Source: Phoronis australis
Lineage: Eukaryota; Animalia; Phoronida
DNA length: 59,325 nt
NCBI GenBank assembly: GCA_002633005.1
Contig: NMRA01001076.1
Location: 1-59,325 of the forward strand
Reading direction: 5' to 3'
Below the pieces are notes generated by a model. The model saw nothing but the letters and a program-made list of their open reading frames with translations. It searched no databases and had not been told where the DNA came from. Shown one piece after another: positions 23,790-35,199 of this stretch (within the stretch, counting starts at the first letter, position 1; each line of letters starts with the position of its first letter). A program made the translations under genes and the position numbers.

Positions 23790-26683
23790 TCAACGGTTAT
23801 TCGGCATGTGGGGATGTTCTTGATGTAATGCTAGCGGTATTTCGTGGTATCCGCACTGAACCTGTGTACCGCCATCTAAAATCTTCATAAATCGACGATC
23901 TTCCACAGGCATACCCTTCTCGTCGGAGTGATGACTTTCTGTATCACAGAAATCTTGTTCCAGCACCTGGCGAATATCATCAATACTCTGGTTCATATCT
24001 TTTCTCCTGCTGACAGTAACATCCTGAACACACACCATGTGGCACGACGTCTTGCGTACTTCGCCTCCAGCCACGTTCACAGGGCCATTGACAGTCCACC
24101 TATGCCGTAGCATCAAGCCAAACGGTCCATTCCTTGAGGATGGAAACACCTCCAAAGGCTCCAATGCAAGCGGACAATTGCTGCCAATTAACAACCCAAT
24201 ATCAACATGCAGCACAAAATCTGCAACAGTCGGCTAACGCCTCAAGATTCGGTGATTTGAGAAGAACCTCTGGCCTGGGAATGTGTCAATGCTGAACAGG
24301 TATTTCGTGACGAGAGTAAGTCTTGGGAAGACGCACGGCATTCGCTCCCTGTAAGTCCGTGACTACAAGTCCTGAAACGACGCTAGAATCAACAAACGTA
24401 GATCCATGCATGGTATTAAGATGCATCGTAGCAGGTACGGAATCAACATCAATCTGTTCTAGCAGCGCCTCCGAAATAAAGCATGCAGTGCTACCCTGAT
24501 CATAGAATGCGTAAGTGTTAATAAAGGAATCTGATTATTCATGATAAATTCTAACCGGAAGTATGGATTGCAAAATCTCGCAAGAATCAATTGCATCATC
24601 AACTATCAGACAAGAATGGTGATTAGCTCCCTCGGTCTGAGTTCCAGAATCAATACGGTTCTTACGTGACGTATACCCATTGTTGTGAAGACATGTCGGA
24701 TGAGGCTTGGAACATCTGGGACAAATTTTCTTTTTGGACAGCCCTTCACCAAATGGTTACCTTGAAGACACCCGAAACAGAGCTGCTTTTTTGCAATGAA
24801 GGCTCTTCTTTCTTCTTACGTCTTTTCTATAAAGTTGGAACAGCTATTGATATCGTGATCTCGGCTAGAAAATAAACATGACATGACAACCTTTCCACTT
24901 CTACCAACCTCGGCAGAGAAGGAATTAGCACTCTTAGTGGTATGGGTTTTATTGGAATTTGCAGCACCCGAACTAAAGAATGCATCTTTGCCAAACACTG
25001 GATCACTTGCGTGTGAAACAAAGTCAACTAAATCAGTGAAGCATGCCCGAAACCTTGCATTTCTATAAGATGCAGTTTTGTCCCTCCATTTATTTTGCAA
25101 GTACAAGGATAACTTACGTACAGCCGTCTGAAGGTTAGATGGATGATTTAAGACTTCAAGTGATGAAATACCCATCATCGCATGCCGACATCTTTCTAGA
25201 TAATGAGCATACCGACGCAAATCAGAAGCATCTTCACTCTTCATACTGGACCACTTGTTAAGTTTGTCCACATAAGCATTCGCTATCTTGAAGTGGTCGC
25301 CGTATTCCATGTCCAACAGTTTCCGTGCTTCCATTTTAACCACTTGTAGGATCCATGTACATGCATCCTCCAATCAAATCCTTCGGTTCCCCAACTAGGT
25401 GTTGATCTAAATAGTAAAGTAAGTCTGACGGGTTAGATACTCTCGCAGACACTCTAGCATCAAACGCCATAAGGAAGTACGAGTAACTTAATACATCTCC
25501 ATTAAACTTGGGAACCTCAATAATCGGCAGCGACACCGAACTGGCTAATCTTTGATAAGCTGCAAGAACTGTATTTGTTGAAGTGTCGTGTGGTGTAAAG
25601 ACACGAGCTGTAGGATCTAACAGTTCTCTATGACATACCTCATGATATCTGTACTGCTTACCAAATCCCTCAAACTGAGTGAAGGTAGGATGCGAAGATG
25701 AAATACTCACTGGTAGTACAACTGCATCGACCTTTGTAGATGTAGGAATATACCCTGTACTCTTGACGTCATTCCTCGCAGCAGAGATCCGAACGGCTGA
25801 ACTATCACCTGCAGCTAGACTGAAAATAGGCACAGAGCAACAACCAGACACAACACGAGCATTATCAGTAGATACTTGAATATTTGCTAACGTAGGATTA
25901 CTATGAACCAAACTATTATGAGATAAACTATTTTGAGTCCCTTGCTCATTAACAGTCTGTTGCACAACGTCCACTTGTGTAGCTTTGTCCACTGATTCGA
26001 CTGCAACTTTCGATGCTCCACAATAAGGCACTGATGACGTCACTTGTTTCCACACGATCGGCGTAGGTTCGTCAACCGGTGGCGTTGAAGTCGCTGATGC
26101 ACTAACCATCACGGGCAGGTCACATGATACTGACGACTACGGATGGTTCACGCACCATCAGCACTGAAGACACTGGCCAACTAATAGACGTCGGCTCCTG
26201 TCCATGGGAAATGCTCTCCTGTGCATCAGCTATTGCGAGTTCCGTGTCTATCTGCAGTGCTCTCGCACGTTCTTCTTTAACCTGTGACTCTAACATCAGA
26301 AATTCTTCTTCACAAGCTGTCGCCTCAGTCTCGCGTTCTCTGGCTCGTATCTCACGCATTTTCGCTCTTGTTCCACGCTTGATCCGCGACTCCAGTTTTG
26401 CCTGCTGTTCCTTGATCAGCATCTCCGCTTCCAATGCTCGTTTACGCGCCAGCAACTTGGCCTTCTTCAACCTGACGCTAACAACTAAAGACTGCGACCT
26501 AGCACTCAAAGCAGTGTTTGTGGTGTGAGCGGATACAGAGCTAAGGGCATCCTCACCATACACACAAGACGCAGGAACGACAACTTGTTGTCTCTCACGC
26601 AACTCCACCTCACCTGGTAATTCGTCAGAATGTGAGACGGTCTCATGGTCGGTTGGTGAAACTTCCATTCGCACGACTGTCAA
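23790..26683 (-). pseudogene. BEL/Pao gag-protease, disrupted by stops and frameshifts
   Basis: Coiled-coil N-terminus. DUF1759-like LPIIEVPKFNGDVLSY...LYYLDQHLVGEPKDLIGGC...EARKLLDMEYGD. Cys-His knuckles (LCFGCLQGNH). Protease TYAFYDQGSTACFIS. IGLLIGSNCPLALEP...WTVNGP. Confidence 0.9.
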
Positions 26684-26775
26684 TCGTGGTAGGACAGCAC
26701 TGTTATAACTAATGTAGCCGCGTCTGGCTACAGGGATAACAAAACAAAGCCGTTTGCATAATACACTTTATTATT

Positions 26776-28182
26776 CAGGGCTCGACGCTATGAAAATCGC
26801 CAGGTCGCATTTTGCGACCAAGCCAAAATCCTAGGTCCCATTTTCAAAATCCAGCTCGCATTCATAAATTCCAGGTCGCGAAAATTTCCCGCCATTTTTA
26901 CGGACCAAAATTGGCTTTAACGTCATCAGAAAATGCCTAGTAGATTATGCTCTTGCGACGTTAAATACTCACAAATTTCATGTCGCAAAACTGAGTCCTT
27001 ACAAGCATATCATGCATGCACCGCGTTATCATTCTTCACTGGCGCCTTCCAGTGAAAGACCCTGGAGCGCAAGGCAGTTGCCGACGTGAAAGTTAAATCA
27101 GTGCTCTCTAACCGACACATGCATTCGATTAGCTAAGTGTGCAACGTGAAAAAGAAGAAAATACTCCTTGAAAAAGTATCCGCGACTTTTCTAGGACTGA
27201 CTTGCTATATGACTGCCATCAAAGTCGTTAAAGATCCAAAGATTGATAACTCTAAGTGCGAATTCCTTCCATTTGTTCGCAGGCCAAACTTTTCGACTTA
27301 ACGTTTGAAAAAACATCCTGTCGGAAGAAATTCGTGAAACGTTGCCCTACTCGCTGTATGACATATTGATACGCGGAAACAATTCACTGCAAATTTCACA
27401 ACAAAAAATGTGGTACTTATGCTGTTTACCGGTACGTAGTCAATTAGTTTTCCATGAAATAAAAAGCCTCGAAATGATTTCCGACGGTGCGGGTTTCTAC
27501 TATTCTGCCGAAAGCGCGTAAAGGCATGCCCGTCGTTTGGCGATTAATTCGGATGTCATTTTCACATTTGCTGTCTTTCGCAATAAAAACGAGACGCATT
27601 TTTTCCAAGTCACGATGATCGTCTGCCGGGACCGCTTTCCGGCGCTAACAGTGGAACCGATCAGTGCCGCAGTGCCATCAGGCATATTGCCGTGGGTGTT
27701 GCCGTAATTTGATATTAAAGGACACCATACATGAAAAATAAATGTTTTTCCACCACTAAGCTTGGTAATTTCGTCGTTTAAGAATTAGTAGAAACACCTT
27801 ATTATGACGTGTTATTCCGAGGTCAGAAACTTTCTTCAACACATCCAGAAATTTGCAAAAGGCCGAAAGTATTGGTCAATAAAATGCGTCAAAGACTAAT
27901 TCTGCATTCCCTTGTTCATGCGACATGTTTACAAGTCATCGGGAGCGCTTTTCTCAATGAATGTTCCTTTGAACTTGATTTGGCAACAACCAAATAGCGG
28001 TCGGAATCACCGAGTTGCTCAACATTTCCCAGGTACTGTATCTGTCGCGAAGTTTAAAAACTCAGCTCGTTGGAAATTCCAGGTCGCATTTTGCGACTTA
28101 ATGCGAGCTGGCCAAAATCTCAGCTCGCATTTCCAAATTTCAGGTCGCAAATGCGACCTGCAGCTCGTTATGTCGAGCCCTG
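26776..28182. mobile_element. Non-autonomous hAT5-like DNA transposon nested in the BEL 5' LTR
   Basis: 11-bp TIR cagggctcgac. TSD ttatt (26771-26775, 28183-28187); the empty site ctttattatttgg in the other LTR confirms 5 bp. Subterminal caggtcgca/cagctcgca arrays at both ends. Confidence 0.9.
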
Positions 28183-28814
28183 TTATTTGGTTGCTACCGA
28201 TAAGAAGTGTCCAATAAAGCGGTTATCTGTAATGAAGAAAAAACACACAGTCTAAGTACTCGGCTAGTAAGTGTAAATCAATTAACAAGCAGCTGAATAT
28301 ACTATACTTTAAACAACTATACACGCTCTAAACTTATAGCTTAATGCACACGAGTACAACATACTATGCCATAATACTCAGTACTTACAACAGTTTGGCT
28401 AACAGTCTGCACTCAATATAAAAGTTTCAGCATCCGATGAAAACACATGATTCGCGTTGCAGGTCTTGTCAACGAATGCCGCTACACACGACAAACGCTA
28501 GTCATCAAAACCTGCGTAACAAACAGGCTAATACGTAATAATAGCCGGCCGGTCAAGCTACTATTCTACTATGCAAATGCTATTGTAACCACTGCAAAGA
28601 ACTGGCTTACTGAACAAAACCTCACAGTGGCGAAAGATGCACTGCTACCTATAAAGAAAATAAACAATGTAACAAGTAAATGAAATACAACCAATGACAA
28701 AAAATGATGCACGGCATCAACACATACTACACTGCTATATATTATTGCCCTCAAAATTTTACAAAAACTGTTTTGGGGATGTTTGTACCATATACTCACA
28801 ACAAATTTTCTAAT

Positions 28815-31789
28815 ATGTGACCCAGCACCACAAAATGAGTCTTAAGTAGGGATTTGCCATGTTTTTAGTTGTTAGTTTTTCTGAAAATATAGTATTTTCT
28901 GACCATTTTTATGTATGAAACATGTCCTTACCTTAACAAATGGACGAGTTGCTGCCATTTCTAGTCTGGAAAATGGCCGAGAAAATGTGATATATTCAAA
29001 ATTTCCACAGCAACCTGTAGTTGAATGCTTCATTTGGGGATTGTTATTTTTACAAAACAACATAAAAAATTAGATTCATCAAAAATTAGAAATGAATACT
29101 GACTTTATGACGTAATTGCTGCCATTTTCCAAGATGGCCATCATTCAATGAAAATGCATTGACACTGAGCCACCATATAAATGACGAGATTCACGATTAG
29201 AAAAGGGAGTGTATTTTAAAAAGAGCTGAAACTAATCTCATGAGAGCACAATTCAGTTGAGAAATATAATTTTTCTCTTTTGAAAATGTGTTGCTATATG
29301 GAAACTCAATTCAAAATGGCTGCCGTCAACCTTAATTGACTGCATTATGGCATTTTCCTGTTGATCCCAACTTGTTCGATTCTATAGCCCAACAACAAGT
29401 TGGGAAGATGACCAATGTAGCCAATATGTTACACGACTGATGAACTCCATTTTGGCATGTGTGGTTGGAGGGCCAGCTCTCTTTTGTTGGATAATTGCTC
29501 TAATCTCGAATAAGATCATATCTAGCTTGACTTGGCTGTGCTGTTAAAAACAGAAGTTAAGTTATAAATTGTCCAACTACAACCAAAGTTACAACAATCT
29601 ATTTTTTCTGAACGTGACTGTGTTCACATGTGGTCTGTGATAAGGCTGGTAGGTGATTGGCCTGCCTGTTGTCATACCAAACAAAAGACTGTGCTTGGCA
29701 GTTAACAAAGGAGCTAGATGTTATCACGCACTCACAACCCTCTACCTCTGGTAAAGTCACTGAACAGGAGAACGCTGTCATGATATAAGTTAATCAATTG
29801 CCAGTTGGTATAGTAATTCATAGGGACAGGCTGTTCTTAACACCAATACTGAGGAACTATTATAGGCATAAAGTATGATTACATGTTGTGATGACTTAAA
29901 TTCAAGATGGCTGCCATTGAAGTTTAATGATTATTCGAAAGAGGGTTTTTTGTGGGATTTGTTAGCAAATGTTAGACCTAAAAACGAAACAAACACGTAT
30001 TTTGCGACATGAGAACAACATTAAGTAAAAGTCCATTGACGAAACACTGGCATAAAGTAAGTCCCACAATTCACAATTAAACAAATATATTACTACTGTC
30101 AAGCTTTAGATGCTCTAAATCATCCAGGGCTTGGAATTTTCCGCGGAAACGCGGATTTCCGCTTTTTTCAAATGTTCTTTCCGCGTATTTTATTATATTT
30201 CCGCATAAAAAAATCTGATTACATATAAAATTTCAGCGGCAAATTTCTGTCTTACCACCGCGTTGCCGACGACTTTCACCTCGAAAAGCGGAAGTTGCTC
30301 TTTATGTTTCGGAGGAACGTAAATTGTCAACATTGCCGGGGCATCTGGGAAAAAGCGTGGTGGATTTCCTCATTGGCCTCGTATGATTGTAAACCGCGGT
30401 GTCAAATACTACGACTATGGAGCCAAAAATGATTGGAGGCGGGAGTGGCGGACGAGCTAAGACAGACGCAGACGCAGGCTTCCGGAGGTGGTACCGTTTT
30501 TTTTTTAATCCTCCTGATTTCTGTCTGCAAAAGGTCCACACCGACTATTTCAAGGCCGGCTGCGCGCATTTTTCGGGCCGTAAAAATTTCCGCGTTTTTC
30601 GCCATTTGTCATTCCAAGCCCTGATCATCTAATCGTTTATATCTTAAAAATAGAAATTATAGTGTTTCATTAAAATTGCTGTGTCTAAATTGGTTTATAG
30701 TGTTTAAGGTAACTAAGTCTGTTTTTGAAACCTGCGGTCATGATATAGACAATTTCACTTTTATGGAACAGCCCCCAAAAAGTATGGTGGGCCACTGCAA
30801 TTGGGTCAATAAATCTCCCACCTAATGTAAATAAGATCATTCCACTTTCGGCAGGAGGGTTTATCACAAGTAAAGCAAGGTAATTTAAGTGTAATTTGTC
30901 AAAATTTAATAAAATAAAGTCCAGTTACAAAATACAAATAAGTGGCCGACTATTGTTCACAATAATTCAAAAAAATTTAAATGAATTAGTGACTCATCCC
31001 TGATCCATAACGTAAAATTGTCGTGAGGACTTGACAGGGACCTCGGGGATCTCACACTCCACTGATTTATCCACATTATTTTGAAAACTCTTTGCCCAGT
31101 CACACATTGTGTGTCATAAAAGAGATAAGCATACCAGCAGCTGAAACGGCAAGTAGAACTACTCTCGTTTATCACATTGGTGTAGACTCACAGTTGAACT
31201 GTGGTTTTCTGTAGACCCCAGATCGTCCCGAGTTGCACCATATACCAACTCCGGACGGTCTCTCACGACGATTGCGCGTCATGCATATCCTTCACAGACA
31301 ACTGCAGAGCTATGAGTAACTCAACATCAAACCACGTGATGCAGCCCTGTCGAAGATCGTTCTCTTGCAGTAACTTTCAGTTGCTGCACCCAGATTCATT
31401 GGCTTTGAAGGAACGGGACATTGCTCTGTGAGTAAGCTCATCTGGAATGATAGGACAAAGAACTCAAAGAGCTTACTACATGTATCATAAGCGGTTTTAC
31501 CTTTCTCTTGACATCTTAATGAATTAACTGGGTCATCGGGTGCCTGAGCAATGCAGTCACAAACACTGGCAAATTTTGATGAAAATTTCGTGAGCTATCC
31601 AGTCGTGGAGAAGGTGATATTTTTCAAAATGAGATAAATAAGTTTGCATGTTTTAAAACTATGTTTTGTGAAGTGGAATGTCATAATCTACAAGAAACAA
31701 ACTGACCTAATTTTCACTGAAAGCGACTGCTGTTTGGTCAGGAAATAGGATTTCCAACTTAATACTCATTTTGTAGTGCTGGGTCACAT
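28815..31789. mobile_element. Unclassified ~3-kb TIR DNA element, no recognisable ORF
   Basis: 33-bp TIR atgtgacccagcac(c/t)acaaaatgagt(c/a)ttaagt with 2 mismatches (28815-28847 / 31757-31789). No clear TSD. Confidence 0.7.
30125..30623. mobile_element. hAT6-like MITE (6-bp TSD) nested in the TIR element
   Basis: 13-bp TIR cagggcttggaat / attccaagccctg. TSD atcatc at 30119-30124 and 30624-30629. Subterminal tttccgc repeats. Confidence 0.8.
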
Positions 31790-33457
31790 GTCAAGTACAT
31801 TTAAGACATTACTGGTCTTCTGACATGTTAAATAAACGTTTTTCACCACTAAGGATCTAAGCTCATCACAGTGTTGAATAACTTTATTAGCAGTTGTCCA
31901 ACGTAGGATCTTGCAAACCAATGGTCTATCCCAATGTAAATTGTGGCTTATCTCTAACGTTTCTATCATAACACTGCTGTCACCTAACATCTGTACTTAC
32001 GTGGATCAGGCCGCACACCCTCTGCGGTATAAATCATACTGAAAAATGAGACTTCTGATACTTTAATATTACACTTGTCAGGATATTGAATTCCAATCCA
32101 TGCCTACGAGCATGCAACATCATGCTCCTCTATAGTAGAGCCAAATACAATTATGTCTTCGGTAATGTTCAATATTCCATGTTACCGTGCGAGAATAGAA
32201 TCCCTTAAGTTTGCTCTTGGAAAGTATCCTGAGAAACCCTGAGCCCAAATGGCATTCGTTTGAACCTGTATCTACCATCAGGACCGCTACACGCAGTTTA
32301 TGCTGATGACTCTTCATTGAGCACAACACTCCAATAACCGTGACGTGCGTCTAATTTGCTAAATACTTGAGCACCATTGAGCTTTTGAGTGATTTCTTCT
32401 AATGTGGGAGTTTTATGGTACTTTATCTTGGTACTAATGTGTTATAATGTCTAATTCTGCAGTAATGTCGCCATTTTTACAATCTCCTTTCCCATGTCTA
32501 ACTGTGTCAAAACTCAAGGTTTCCAATACATCAATGGATTCTATCTTGGTCTTGCTTCCAGTACTTTTCCTAGTCTTGAAGTTGTGTTATTTTTCTCCGG
32601 TCCTTTCCTTCGGATTTCCCAGCGTGACATAGGTCTGATTTTTTCCAGTGCCCCCTTTGCAGTTACTTTTGAATGCAAGACACCGCCCTTTTTGCAATTG
32701 TGTTCCATATTGGTCGTTTTACGCACACTGTCAATTTTATGACTGACATTAGAATTACCAGTCGCAGGCTTCTCAAATGCTCTCAGATGAGCCTCTGCTG
32801 CCTCATGAGCTCTGCAGATTTTTAGAGCTGCGTCTATTGACAGTTTCCCATCCTGCTAAATCAACTCTTTTCCGGACTGCTTATTGGCTGTACCAATAAT
32901 CAATTGATCGATTATGTGATTGTCTGTGTCGTTTCAGAATTTACACCTTAGCGCGATGGTTTTCACACGTGTATAAAATTTGTCTTTGCTCTCATTTGCA
33001 TTCTGTCTGAAGGAAATCAAATTGAGTCTACCAACTCAGTTATCTGCCAATCCTACTGATTGCAGGAACTTGTGCTAGACTGTCCCTAGATTTGTAATTC
33101 CTCATTTGTCAGGGCCCATGAGTTCGCTAATTGTTCACCTTTTTCCCCCACTTGGAAAATGATGAAGTGGTGCTGGTCCTCGGGCTTAAGGTTCTTGATC
33201 ACAAACCATCTGATGAGAAGTGTTCTGTAATCCCGGAGCGACTGGTGGTCGTCACCAGACCCCCTGTAGTTGGACATTTTAATCCCTCTGCCATCTCTGA
33301 TACTCACGAGACACAAAGAATTTTTGACAATAAAATGGTGCGATTTTCGCCCGCACTAGCACCATGAAACACGAGATGAACGTAAGACAAACTTTATTGC
33401 TGCAACAAATTGATGTAATGTGACACTAGTAGTGACATCTATTGATATATCACAACA
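31790..33457 (-). mobile_element. Gypsy/Ty3 LTR retrotransposon 5' fragment (short LTR, PBS, degenerate gag and protease)
   Basis: TG...CA segment 33365-33457 with AATAAA, followed by a TGGTGC PBS. gag relic (RQNANESKDKFYTRVKTIALRCKF..IIDQLIIG..LSIDAALKICRAHE) and protease VDTGS at ~32260-32280. Truncated at the TIR element. Confidence 0.75.
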
Positions 33458-33569
33458 TGCCTCTTCAATAAGGTTGACACTTAATTTTTCAATTGGTCTA
33501 TTTTAGGTTTTGTAGCGATACTCGTGGAGTGCAATAAGCAAAAATATGTTGATTCAAAATTCAAATTTA

Positions 33570-34480
33570 ACATTTAAAAATTGAAATGCACACAGTGCTG
33601 CTTATAAGAAGACAATTTTATGCATGTATTGCCATTTTTGTGTTTCTTTGAGTTGTCATAACATAATTTAACTTTAATTTTGCCAGTTTCACAACTGCAC
33701 CACATTAGGAATTCCCATTGAAAATAGGAACAAATTTCCTCCCAGGCACCTCGATAAAGAAAGCTTCCACGGGTAAAGTATTCTGTGTGAAGCACTTGCT
33801 CAATGGAGATCATGCTTACTTAATTTCATTAAAATTGGTTGGCCTAGATCTTCCTGAAAATTTCCATGATGTCGCTTGATATTCTCAGTCATCGTCTGTT
33901 GAAACTGTTCTTGTTTATTTCATTTTTGTACTTGGTATGTGACCGTCCTCTGGCAGCATTGAGGGTGAGCTCACTGATGTTGAGGACAACGGCTGCGCAG
34001 ACATTGTTAAGATAGTTACTTGAAGAAAGAGTTATCTTGAAACTTGGGATATCTGTGGTGAATGAAGTGCGACTATGTTTTCTGAAAGGGTTTCCAAAGA
34101 AACCTTGTTTATTTACATATGGTGGCAGTCGAGTCAGTATACATAATGCATGGGCCAGCAGTCACTCAGTTTGGTGGCTAGTTGAGGTGCTGCTATGCCA
34201 CCAAAATAAAAATCAATAAAACAAAAAAATTCATATTTTATTCAGTAAGTTTAAAGTGTTTGGATTTGTGTTCAGAACTCACTGCATCCAAGGGGTGGGG
34301 CAGAAGGGATTTGTCCTTGATCTGTTTGAGACAATTCAGCAATCTTCCATTATCTTTGTTCATTATTTTGAGAAACTGGTGAGAATAGTATCGAGTGTAC
34401 TCCGATACAATAACATGAGGTCTCCTTTACCATTCCGTCCTGTTGCTATAGCTATCACCTCATACAATGTTCCTAAGACC
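33570..34480 (-). pseudogene. Diverged third copy of the orphan decayed gene in the duplicated block
   Basis: Collinear with 35230-36410. Encodes EQVLHTEYFTRGSFLY...ICSYFQWEF...VKLC..KKHKNG. Confidence 0.5.
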
Positions 34481-35199
34481 TTGTAGAAAATTAATATACA
34501 AAACAGGTTGCAAAATCTTTTATCTAATTAAGAGATGATACATGTGATATGAAGATATCATTCGCAAGAATAAGCATACAGGAGAACATTGAAAGTAGGG
34601 GTTGTGGCAGAAAGGCATGCACAAAATGTGAGGAAATACACACAGTGTTGGAGAATAATCTACACTGCACACTGCTTTACCCTACAAGCAGTTGTGGTAA
34701 TTAGAAGAAGATAACAGTAATTCAGTTTTGTCAAAGAATTGCAGTGTTATTTAGCATGCATGTTGAAAGTATTTGTACAATCACAAGACTTCCCTTTGAT
34801 TGTTCTGAAAACAAAACCGTAAAGATCTTAATCTTGTAATCTGGTGATTTAGCCCAAAACATTTTCTGTCACCTGCTATTGATTGCATAATTAATTCCAC
34901 TCCTAGATGAATAGATAAGTCAGGCTATAACACCTGAGTACTATCCCTTTTCTGTATAAGTTGAGGCATTGGTATTTATTTCTTTACAGGTGTATGCTTA
35001 AGACAAACAACCTTGTTTTACCATAATTTGCTTCTGCTCCACTACCCGAAGCTCTCTGAAGTCAATTTCATTCTCTAAAAAATTAACACTTTATTGAATT
35101 GCATAGCAAATATGTGTAGCGGTGGTGTTATGTGCAGCATGGTGTTTGATGTGAGTGGTGGATGACCGTCTGTGTCGACCTGATGGAATTGGAGAAATG

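Larger units (their letters stand above)
23450..28486 (-). mobile_element. BEL/Pao LTR retrotransposon, internally deleted (gag and protease only)
   Basis: Direct LTRs at 23450-23794 and 26713-28486 (the latter split by a hAT-like insert). TGTAGC...GCTACA termini. gag and protease relics lie between them; RT, RNaseH and IN are absent. Confidence 0.92.
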
